A program made the translations under genes and the position numbers. From assembly GCA_026026165.1 (NCBI GenBank), contig JAPEUD010000044.1, forward strand, positions 124,001 through 188,000: a stretch of DNA of 64,000 nt, read 5' to 3'. A model generated the notes under the pieces. That model worked only from the letters and a program-made list of their open reading frames with translations. It was not told the DNA's origin and made no database searches. Of this stretch, positions 47,806 through 58,542 are shown piece after piece. This DNA comes from Sarea resinae. Its lineage: Eukaryota. Every line of letters begins with the position of its first letter. The first letter of the stretch is position 1.

Positions 47806-48878
47806 TGACGAAAATATCGCTATGGCGACGTACTCTGTATGCACCGCCAGTTGAGGCCAAAGGTCGAGAAGAGCTGGTGTGCGTTGTAGCCGGTGAGCGG
47901 TGAACGGAGGACAGTGGTCCCTGATGGGCCCTGCTTCGCAGTACTCGGTAGCTCTACTGTAGAGTCGAGTGATAGGCCCTCTTGGTCCCTGACGAAGCTT
48001 TTACGCTCTTACGCTCTTACCTGGCCTGGGGAGGTACTCTGAGTATGCTTTCACTGTGCCTTAGTGTCCGGATCGATGGGTCTCCCACTCGCTACGATAG
48101 GAGGGACCTCGACCTAGGATCTTTAGTCGAGTGGAGCAGGCGCCGACCACGACAGGACGACAGGATGAACCGATCAAGACTGACGAAAGGAATGCCGAGA
48201 GACGACGCAGAGCGTGGGGAGGCGTGAGAGATTTGACGTGGTCGGGTCGGGTTGGATTGGCATGGATGGCGATGGCGATGGCGATGATGATGGTGGTGGT
48301 GGTGGTGGTGAAAATCGGGATCGAAGTGAGATGAGCTGGACAAAAAGCTCAGGAGCTGGCCATGAATGAAGTAATGGATCGACGGGGATGATTGTTGTCG
48401 AAAAGGCTCACAACCTACTACCATCCACAGTAAGTAGGGCCACCTTGAGGTGAGGTCGAGTTTACCGCAATGGTACTCGACAGCCCTTGCAAAACACGCC
48501 ACGGCTCCGAGTCTCTGCTAGGTAGCAGAGTCCCGCCACGAAGGTACGGAGTGCAGTACTCTAGTGCTCTGGTCTCTTTCTGTTCCTGGCGAGCGGATAG
48601 ACCACGGCAGATCATTCCTGACCACGTCGGCCACCCGTTCAAGCCAGCACGCCCTGCGTAATGTCCATCCCTGACCTCTTGGCCGGCCCCTTTGGCCTGG
48701 ACTAGTCGTCCTCGGCCCGACCACCCGTCCTCGATCAGGCTCAGATGGATCCCAGTCTTCCATCCCCAACGCTGCCGAAGCCGACAAGCAGCTATGAAGT
48801 CCAGTACTCTACTACCATGGACCCCTTGGGAGCTGCGATACCGATACCGTTACCAATGAATTACATATCACTTGCACC

Positions 48879-48904
48879 TAAGGCGGTAGTGTAAGGCGGT
48901 AGTG
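48879..48904 (+). repeat. Perfect 13-bp tandem duplication TAAGGCGGTAGTG
   Basis: Two adjacent identical copies. Confidence 0.9.
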
Positions 48905-49746
48905 TTACATCCATCTCTATCCCCTCGATCCTCTAGAGTATGCCACCGCCTGACAGACAGATCGAACATTGTTTTTTGCTTGTTGATGACAACGGACCCA
49001 TCTCCTAGCTTATCTCAGGTAGGTGGTGATATGGACTGTTGGCTCTGCGCTATCAACCCAAGTTCGTCGACCCCGAGCCCGGTCCCATGGGTTCCCAGCC
49101 AAAGGCAAATTGAGATCGTCTCGACCATCTCAAAGGATTCCATTTGCTCTCTCGATAGTCACTGGGCGGAGGTTATCATCAATCTTACTTACCAGAAGCT
49201 GGAGAGATCCATCATCTTCTGGAGCGGTGACCAGCGTACTCTATCGTACAGACATCCATCTCTTGCAGGCGTCCGCCAAGCCCGACCATGCCGCGTACCT
49301 GCATATGGAACCTGTAGTATTCGAGTCGGGCACTGCATGCTGTGTGAGCGAGCTCATGCACCACCAACATCTTCTGCGTACCATTCTCTCTGCAGCTACC
49401 GAAGCTGCGTCACGAGTAAGATTGTGAAGGTAAAGACACATGTGCGCACGTCACGCAGTCATTGCACCAGAGTCACACCGATTGTCAAGAAGGCTGGGGT
49501 ATCCAATCTTATCGCCACTCAGATTTGCGTCCAACTTGACCGGAGGTCGCTCGCTGTTATCTAATGAAGGATCGAGCGAACAAACGAGGATTGACATTGA
49601 CATAAGTCATCACCCAAACGCCTGATATGAGCAAGACGAGATGAAATGAACCAAAAGAATAATACTGCCTTGACGCCGTCCATGAAATGAGAGGCCTGAG
49701 GTGAGTGCAACACGGTCGATTGATCCACTTTGCCCACTCCACGGCT

Positions 49747-50889
49747 CTAAACCCCCATAGTAAAGTCATGCTCAATACCCGGAGTGACAGAACTGATAAA
49801 CTTCAGAAACACAACCAGATATTGATCGCAACGTATCGCGACCTCATCCTCATCCCCATGATTGTCTCCCTCGTTCTGCAGCACCTCCCACTCATCTCCA
49901 CTGTTTCCCCCGGCAGCCGTCACACCGGCAGCATGGGCCTTTTGCTCCAGATTCAAGCCGCGCGTATCGTCAATGAGCCCTTCCAGTCCTGAAGCCTCAG
50001 TTGTGGTAGCGTCCCCTCTAGCGGCCTGGACCCTCATTTTATGAACGCGGAGTTTCAGCGCTGCGTCGGCACGGTCGAGTAGGGATTTCATGACGGAAGC
50101 ATGTCGGCAGGGGTGGACAGACGCCATTTTGATGCTGTTGGTGTAGAAAGGAAAGTCCTCGAGGGTGACAGTCTTGTCTTTGTAGTCACCGACGATGTCG
50201 TCCATCATTGCTGGCGGGGGCAGGGGCTCGGAGGCGCTGAGGTAGCCCGATAGGTAAAGTCGCGGGGTTCGATAATACGGCGTGTATGTGATGTAGAGGT
50301 TGTACGTGCGGAGCGGGCTACGACCAGTCAGTCAGGATCCCTCATCAAGGGAGAGCAACAAGACATACGCAGTAGTGCCGGAGCCACCTTTGGGATCGCG
50401 GATGATAGCTTCTTCGTCGTCTTCCTCGTCTTCCATATCCGGAATCTCCTCGTCGTCGTCTTCGCGCTCCCCCATGTTCCCACTCTCGTCCACGGTCCGC
50501 ACGTCTCTCGCTTTCGCCTCCTGACTCGCCGCCAAGCCCCCCGTCCTCAGCCAGCCGTCGTCGCCATCGTCATGGTCCCCGCCCGCGAATCCATCCCCAA
50601 CGACTGTCTCATCGTGGCCTGCGTCGCCGGCAAAGTTCTCGTCGAGCCGCCTGTGGCACGGCACCCCGCGGGTAACGAGGAACTGTTTGCCTTCGGGCAG
50701 GTAGTTGACGCGCTTCGAAGCATGATCGGCATCGGACCAGGACCAAGTGGGGAACTTGTAGACGAGATAGTCGCCAGCGAGGACGAATTCCTCGGGGGTG
50801 ATTTGACCGGTGGTTCGAAAGGTGGACGTGTGGGTGATGGGGGCTAGACGGTCGCGGAGGACGTCGAGGGTTGAGTGGAGGAGGTTCAT
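49747..50889 (-). CDS. ATG3: Autophagy E2-like conjugating enzyme Atg3; intron at 50318-50368
   Basis: [44 protein letters not shown], catalytic SVHPCRHA and YLVVFLKF motifs. Confidence 0.97.
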
Positions 50890-51054
50890 GGTGCTTGATC
50901 GGAGTGTTTGGTGGAAGGTGGCGTTGGATCTTCTCGAATGGGCGGTGAGGGGGGGATGTAGATGTGTGAAGGAGAAGGAGGAGGGCGAGATCGAGATAGG
51001 GCGATAGGTAGAGATGGAGGGGCTGAGCAATACGCAGTACATGTCTCCAACACC

Positions 51055-51086
51055 GTCACTGTCACCGTCACCGTCACCGTCACCGT
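51055..51086 (+). repeat. (GTCACC)n repeat in the ATG3/ALG5 divergent promoter
   Basis: About 5 units. Confidence 0.9.
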
Positions 51087-51638
51087 ATCTGGTCGCTTGA
51101 TCTTATCGCCCACGTGATGCACGCAGCGACGACCTCCAGCTGGTCACGACCACCACAATCCTCGCCATGGAGAAAGACAAGTCGATTCGACGCTTCCAGT
51201 CTCGTTGCCGGCTGATGGTATTGCGAACTGCGAGGCGATATAAAGGCCAAGATCTTGCTGGTCGTGATGCTGCCAAGACAGCAAGAAGCCGTCACCGTCG
51301 ACCTTTGATCGACCGTGCCCGCGTTACAGCTACGCAGTACCAGCACTCGGGAAGGGATGGTCCCTGACTTCAGCCTTCAGCCCAGCTAAAGGACACCTGG
51401 AGCTAAGCTCTATGCGATCCCCGGAATAACCAAACCACACAACCTTCTCCTACAACACCCCCATCATGACATCGTAGTCGATCATCGCCACGCTCTCTCT
51501 CTGTTATTTCTGTCTGCTCTCCTCTTCGTTCTGCTTCTCAAATGAAGCCGGCCCCTTCTTTCCCACCGCATTGAAAGCCATCGAGGCTGCGTGTGTGAGG
51601 TGGCACTGCCCCTGGTCAGGCACAGGCTCGCCGCAGCC

Positions 51639-53072
51639 ATGGGATTCCTCGAGACGGCAACAGATGGCATCCGCTCACTGACGATGCAGGTCGCATCGAC
51701 CCCGCCATCAATCCTTCTCCTTGTCGCTGTTCTCTTCATTGTTGCATCTCTAGCCGCTGTACGCCTCTCCTCGTCCACCCACCCCGGAACGTACATGGTA
51801 GAACAAACTAATGCTCTCTTGATCCCAAAGCTCTACCTGACCCTCTACCTCGTCGCCCCCGTCCCACGATCCCCTCTACCGACTGAGAAGACCTTTCGGA
51901 CTATTCTCCCCAGTGGCGCCGTGAGCGATCCCAAGCCTCTGCCTTGCTGGCAAGACAAACATTTAGCATCGCACGAAGCCTTGCGCCAACGACGCCGCCA
52001 ACAGAGCTCCAACGCCGACGACGATGATCTCGTCGAGCTTGAAGAACCAGAAGTGTTCGTGTCGGTGGTGGTGCCAGCCTACAATGAAGAAAAGCGCTTG
52101 GGCGGCATGCTCGAGGAAGCTGTCGATTACCTCCAGCGTGAATTCGGCGACTCGCACAGCGGGGAGGGAGGCGAATCCGTGCTGAATCCCGCCGGCCAGC
52201 CAAAGCAACAGCAAAACGGCAACGGCAATGGTAACGGCAACGGCGGCAGCAAGAAGAAAAAGTCCAAATCCAAATCCACCACACCCAACGGCAAAACTCC
52301 GCCCACGTCCGCCTCAAAGCCCACGCACCCCACCGGCTGGGAAATTCTGATCGTGTCCGACGGCAGCACCGACGCCACCGAACAGACCGCCCTCTCCTTT
52401 GCCCGCACGCACCAACTCTCTCTCCACCCGCCTCCCGTCCCCGGGCCACGAACGCCCCACCCAACCCACTCAACGCACATCCCGCACGGCAGCATCCGCG
52501 TCATCAGGCTGGCCTCGAACCGCGGCAAAGGCGGCGCCGTCACCCACGGCCTGCGGCACGTCCGCGGCGCATACGTGCTCTTTGCCGACGCGGACGGGGC
52601 GACGCGGTTCAGCGACCTCGGGCCCCTGCTGCACATGGCGACGGCGGTCTGCGCCTCGGATGCGCACCAGCGCGCCGTGGTGGTCGGGTCGCGGGCGCAC
52701 CTGGTCGGCACCACCGCCGTCGTCAAACGCTCCTTTATCCGCAACCTCCTCATGCACTCGTTTCACCTGCTCCTGCGCCTCCTGACGCCGCCACGCACCG
52801 GCCGCATCAAGGACACGCAGTGCGGGTTCAAACTGTTCAGCCGCGCGGCACTGGCCGACATCATCCCCTACATGCACAGCGAGGGCTGGATCTTCGATGT
52901 CGAGATGTTGATGCTGGCCGAGAGCGCCGGCGTCGGCGTCGTCGAGGTCCCCGTCGCGTGGAGGGAGGTCGGCGGGAGCAAGTTGAGCGTGCTGTGGGAC
53001 TCGCTCGGCATGGCGTGGGGGCTGGGTGTGCTGAGGCTTGCCTGGGGCTTGGGCGTGTACAGGAGGTCGTGA
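51639..53072 (+). CDS. ALG5: Dolichyl-phosphate beta-glucosyltransferase; probable 72-nt intron at 51759-51830
   Basis: SVVVPAYNEEKRL, DGSTDAT, NRGKGGAV, FADADGAT, GSRAHL, DTQCGFKLF, WIFDVEML and GSKL motifs. Confidence 0.96.
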   Translation: MGFLETATDGIRSLTMQVASTPPSILLLVAVLFIVASLAAVRLSSSTHPGTYMVEQTNALLIPKLYLTLYLVAPVPRSPLPTEKTFRTILPSGAVSDPKPLPCWQDKHLASHEALRQRRRQQSSNADDDDLVELEEPEVFVSVVVPAYNEEKRLGGMLEEAVDYLQREFGDSHSGEGGESVLNPAGQPKQQQNGNGNGNGNGGSKKKKSKSKSTTPNGKTPPTSASKPTHPTGWEILIVSDGSTDATEQTALSFARTHQLSLHPPPVPGPRTPHPTHSTHIPHGSIRVIRLASNRGKGGAVTHGLRHVRGAYVLFADADGATRFSDLGPLLHMATAVCASDAHQRAVVVGSRAHLVGTTAVVKRSFIRNLLMHSFHLLLRLLTPPRTGRIKDTQCGFKLFSRAALADIIPYMHSEGWIFDVEMLMLAESAGVGVVEVPVAWREVGGSKLSVLWDSLGMAWGLGVLRLAWGLGVYRRS

Positions 53073-54025
53073 GGCACAGCAGGGACCGATGGACACGAAG
53101 GAAAAAGGGGGCGTGTATGGGCATGTATGGGCGTCGCGACGGCAGCATTCGAAGAAAGAAAAAGAACGGCGGAAATAGCAAGAGGCCAAATGAGGGCACA
53201 CGAAAGGACGTGGAGCTCTACCTACCCCCACGGATGATCCGGGGGACCTGATTTGCGTTTTGTGGTCGTTGAAAAGGCACCCCTCCCGGGAATCATACCC
53301 ATCACTCACCTCTGCACGTTCAGGGGCCGAGGCGTTTGTGCGCTGTTTCTATCCTACCTGTCTTATCAGAAGCAAAATATCCGCAAGTCCAATATGGGAG
53401 GCGATAGAAAAGGGCCGAGGAGGGGGGGACCAGAGAATCGTCTGTATTGATTGCGGCGCGCAGGGCGGTTTCAAATCCCTTTCTAGGGAATTTCACTTCA
53501 TCGTTCTCGTCGTTGATAGTCGGGCTCCTTTGCTCAGAGTGTTATTGCATCGTCGAAATGTCATAAATTCAGGGGTGTAGCATGGAGCATGCACGAGTAT
53601 GATGTAGGATACTGTAGGAATGATGTAGGATCATGCAGGACGATGATGGTGCATGGTGAGGTATGGGGACTGGTATTCTATGTACAAGTCTAACAGCTAT
53701 GTACCTAATGATGCTCTAGGCCTTTTTTTCATCTTCATATCCCATCTCCCATGTCCATGTCCATGTCCATCTTCATTCAACTCGATTGATACGCTCGTGA
53801 TCTAAGTCTTGGCCTCATCTATGAATAAAGGTCAAAGTAGCGGCAAGGGGGAGGGCCACAGTCGGTCAAAAGCGGCAAAAGAAAAAAGAAACAAAACAGA
53901 AAAAAGCAAAAAGTGGCAAATCCCATCAAACACCCACCCCCCAAACGACTCTAGACAATCAAAGGCCGACAACCCAAGTCTTTACTCGACGACGAAGAAA
54001 AGAAAAGAAAAAAAGGACAAGAAAC

Positions 54026-55666
54026 TCAGCTCCTCAGTTCCGAGAAGACGTACGGCATGATGACGACGCAGGCCTTGATCAGGACGCCGAAGCTGGCCAC
54101 GAAACTGACCGGCATCATCCAGAGCCGGCTCTCCGAGATCATGATCCAGATGCCGTACAGAGCGACGGCGAAGAAGTGGTAGATGAGCGTCAAGGGCTGG
54201 TGGATGATACCGGCGAGGAGACCGACGGGGCCATCAACGCACGACCCGCCGACTTGGAAGTAGCGGAAACAGCCGCGCTGTAGCACTTTGAGTTTGAAGT
54301 CTAGAAATAAGCAAGGTTAGTGAGGCGTTGTTAGAACGGAAGGCGTGCCGAGGGGACTAGAGATGAGAGATGCGGGCGGGAAGAGAAGAAGAGAAGAGGG
54401 AGATGGACGTACCATCGGCGGCAAAGAGCGAGTACAGAGCCATTGACAGGATGTTGATAATCGATGTCAGCGACTTGCGCTGCCAGTGAAACGTCGACAT
54501 CTGCTGCATGACCTTCTTGGTATCCGCCAACGAGGGCACGTTCTGCGGGCTCAGCAGGTCCGCAAACATAACCACGTCGTTGAATGCGACAGTCATCCCA
54601 CCTCCTGTCAAGGGGTGGCGCATATTCATCGAGTCGCCTAGGAGAACCATTCCAGGCGTCTTGTTCGTGCTTGCTGGCAAGAAGGAATTGGGCATGGATT
54701 TGAAGCCGCCTTTGTCGAGCGCAGCAGCAAAAGACGGCTGCACGCCCTTGGGTAGGGACGGTAGCACAACGTTGCGGAAGTGGTTCTTGACGCCGCCAGC
54801 CTTGACGGAGGCGGACGGGAGATTCTCGGGGACATCGACGAGGGCACGCGTCTCGTGCGTGCCGATTTGGTAGAGGAGGACCGGGGGTCCGTCGGTGAGG
54901 ATGACGTGGCCGTGGCCGGGTTGCGGGAGCTGGGCGTCGATGAGCTCGAGGGCCCAGAATTTCGAGCGGACTTCTGGTTTGCGGGTTATGGTCTCTTTGC
55001 GGAATTTCGAGGCGTAGCCGTCTGCAACCACCGTGAGGTGTCCAAAGTACTGTATGAAGCTAGTCAGCGAACTGTAGGGCATCGTGAATAATATGCTGAC
55101 GGTAACGCACATAGTCCTTTTCCTTGTTCGTTTCCGAGGCCACCCCTAGGATCTGACCCGTCCACTCGTTCTTGACCAGATCCGTCACTGTCGTCTCTAC
55201 GATGGTGACATTTGGTGTCCGCCTCGCTGCCTCTCTGAGCTTCTGAATAAACCGGCCATGGTGGAAAGCCTTTCCTTTGGGATGCTTATTCGGAGTGTCG
55301 TCTGCGTTCTCGGGGTAAGGAATGTGAACGCCTTCGCCGTGGAAGATGACCTGGTACCCATCGACCGTCACACCGTCGATACCTTCGAGGCAATCTAGAC
55401 AGACGTCAGTCTCGTTCTTGATGCACCGAGACGGCCATACCTCGGATGCCCAATTTCTCCAGCGCCGAAACACCGCCCGGTTGCAATAATTCTCCGATGA
55501 TCCTATCCGGTTCCTTCAAACTCCTCTCCAGCATGAAAACACTACGGCCCTGCTTTCCCATGGCGACTGCGACGGCGCAGCCCACCACTCCGCCGCCCAC
55601 GATGACCACGTCGGCTTCATGGTAATTCTGTCGCCATTCCTCTTTGACATCCATCACGTCCATCAT
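54026..55666 (-). CDS. ERG1: Squalene epoxidase (4 exons)
   Basis: DVVIVGGGVVG FAD motif, EPDRIIGELLQPGG, FHHGRFIQKLR, VVADGYASKFR and GDSMNMRHPLTGGGMTV motifs. Confidence 0.97.
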
Positions 55667-55946
55667 GATTGGTCGTTCGGCAAGGGGGAAGTCGTCAACG
55701 CCGTGAAGTAGGTAAGAAGTGAGCAGAGAGTAAGACGGAAGAGAGGCGAGAGAGGACGGCGAGGAGCAGGCGAAGCAAAGAAAAGAAGAGCAGAGGAGTC
55801 GGTGAAGGGAGGAGGTTGATGGGAGCTGGACGAGGAGAGGATAATTCTTGTTGGGATATCGAGTACTCCCGTACTGGATGGAGATACATGGTGGACTAGT
55901 CAGGGTCGAACAAAGTCAAGCTCGAGTTCCTGCAGGCGGTGGTGGC

Positions 55947-56127
55947 CGGCATCTACCGAGCCGGAATCATTCGATGATGCTTCGATCTCGCCTATGAATC
56001 AGAGCCGAACGGGATCGAGCATTGGAGCCCCACGTCAGACCACGGCGGGCCACGGCCGGCCATGGCACGACCCTCATCTTACTGCGTACGCGGACTATGT
56101 AGTACTCATCGGAGGGCAATAATCCGA
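55947..56127. promoter_or_regulatory. Candidate ERG1 regulatory module: two CGG-N11-CCG sites and an SRE-like ATCATTCGAT
   Basis: CGG..CCG at 55947-55963, ATCATTCGAT at 55966-55975, TCGGA-N9-TCCGA at 56109-56127. Confidence 0.45.
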
Positions 56128-56198
56128 CTCAAATGGCATCGCCGGCCTGTTCCTGGACCCTGGCGCACGCATGGATTGAGGGATGGATCCCCAAGATA

Positions 56199-56235
56199 TT
56201 GGCTTTGGCTTTGGCTTTGGCTTTGGCTTTGGCTT
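56199..56235 (+). repeat. (TTGGCT)n hexanucleotide repeat
   Basis: About 6 units. Confidence 0.9.
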
Positions 56236-56953
56236 CAACCCGTCCCCAAGAGGCATCCGGTAGCTGGCTGTTCCAACGCCACATTGATTGGCATGTGAAA
56301 GACGACGGCCCCATCCACGCACGCTTCAACCATTCAGTCACATACCACCAATTACCCGCCGAATTGATTCATCCATTTTGTAAACCGAGGCAGGAAACAC
56401 AGCCAAACTACCAGCCAATTACAGGCACGATTCCAGTGCAAAAGCCTCGACGCAGACAGTGTCCATGTAGCAGTCCGATCCCGCGCCATTAAAGATGCAT
56501 GGTCCACATTTAGAGCCCTCCAGGAATAACCCTTCTTTCACATGCTTTCTCTCTTCCCATCGAAACATCTTTCCCAACCGCTCCCCCACCCCCATGACAA
56601 AAGGACGAAACTCCCATCCACGATGAAAATGGAAAAGACAAACAGCGCGCCCCCAAGCATCATGGCCAGGAAAACCGCAGACACCGAGACACGAGAAAGC
56701 CCCGAACAGGCAAAGAACAAGGCAGAACAGTACAGACCGTCTCGATACCGCACCACTCGAAAATGACGACCACTGCCGCAACGCCGCAAGGAGTTTCGCG
56801 AAAGAGCCGCACGAGATGCCAGCATTAGTGTAAGACGGTGATGATGCCCACGGTGGAAAGATCCAACCAGTGCGCACTACGCCCGGTGATCCTCAACATC
56901 AAAGATGCAGAACACCGTTCACCACATGACCCCTATCCAAAGATGCAATGCGC

Positions 56954-58542
56954 CTAACCCCACACAGAAGCCTGAACGCTCAGAGGGTTCTTTGATCCCC
57001 AAACTCCGCTTTTGCTTCCCCAGCCGAGGCCGACTTCAGAGGCGCCGCCAGAGGGGTTGGAAGCCGCAGAGGTCGATCGCTCGTTGACATTGTTGTTACC
57101 ATTCTCGTTCGCCGCGAAGCCGTAGCTCAAGGGAGATGCGAGAGGAGTGGTAGATCGCTTGTTAAGAGCCGGGTTCACAGCCTGCCCTTGTATAGCAGGA
57201 TTTGGCCGCGTACCGATAGGGGCAACCCCCCCGGTGGCTGAAGTCTTTCCAGCTTGACGAGGAGGCGATCCGCCTGGAGACGAGGCAGACGTGCGGCTAG
57301 ATTGCTGAGCTGCGCTCTCAAATAAGCTGAAGCTATTTGGGTTCGAGGCGGGCGATGCATTGCTGTTGGCACGCGAACGTTGTTGGGGTTGAACGGGGGA
57401 AGGCCCAGGTCCGGCTGACTGTTGGCCCTGGCTCAGCTCCTTGCTAGGAAGCTGGCCGGAGTTTTCGACAGAGCTGGCCTGGTTGGACTGCCCCGAGCCA
57501 AAAGGATCGTAAGCCAGAGGAGAATGGCCCCGTGCACCAGCAGACGCAGCGCCAGCAGGAGTCTGCACACCAGAGCCTTGTGTGACAGGGCGTGGAGTCT
57601 GACCATCCTCACCGTAATTACCGTTCTCGTAGTAAGGGACACTTTCATTGCCATAGAGAGCTCGGTGTTGACGAGCAATGAGCTCACGACGCTCTTCCTC
57701 GGTCATGGCACTGGGGCTCATGGCGCGGTCGGCTGGCTTTCCCTGTGTAGACATCTCCGCAAGAACGCCTTTGGACTGTCAGTTGCCACCTTAGAAGCTG
57801 GTCCCAGAACCCCCAAACTCACTCCTATTATACTGCTGCTCCTGATGATAGTTACGAAGCTCGCGCTCACGCTGGGCAGCCATGCGACGCTTGGCCTGCA
57901 TCATTTGCTCGGCCTCGCTCGGGCGAGATTGGTACCGCTGAGTAGCATAGAAGTTCTGAAGGTTCGACGCCGACTGAGAGCGCATCGGATCGAATTCGCT
58001 CACAGAGTGATGACGTTGAGGCATGCCAGCCGGACCACCTGCTTACTGTCAGTTCCTTTCCTACGGACGTTATAAAATAACCGACCGTGTTCGGACAACG
58101 CACGAGGAGCGCCGGGAAGCGGCAAGGAGTCCCTTCGGCCAGGCATACCGAATAACTTTCCACTTTTCATGAGGTTGTCGATTGCACGATCGACCTCTGC
58201 TTCCAGTCAGCCAAGTTGTCCAATCAAAATGTATTCTGCGCTTCTCATGCATCATTAAAGTGTGAGCTATCGAGGTGCTTGCGCATCCCGCACTGCATAC
58301 ATGATACATTGGCCGTCGTAAAGAAAGCAAAAAGGCTCACCCTCTAGTTGAGAACCGAAAGCGGTGGTGTCCTCACGCTGGACCGCGGAGCTGGTGCCTA
58401 TGATGTTGTGTCAGGTCGCCGGAGCTTTCGCCTGGAGAAGTATTTTTTCAGTCCTACCGGAACGAGATGGCGGCGCCGGCTGTTCCCACGAGGCCTGGCG
58501 CGCAGGAGTCTGCCATGCTTGATTCTCATAGTACGACGACAT
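56954..58542 (-). CDS. Uncharacterised low-complexity S/Q/N/G-rich protein (5 exons)
   Basis: Four canonical introns join MSSYYENQAWQ.../EVDRAIDNLMKSGKLFG.../QAKRRMAAQRERELRNYHQEQQYNR/...MTEEERRELIARQHRALYG...SVQASVWG* in one frame. Confidence 0.85.

Noticed and set aside
50890..51042. 51-codon in-frame ATG extension of ATG3
   Set aside because: Pyrimidine-rich UTR-like sequence; the Atg3-like N-terminus begins at MNLLHSTLD.
52127..53309. Long antisense ORFs over ALG5
   Set aside because: Shadow ORFs caused by the high GC content of ALG5.
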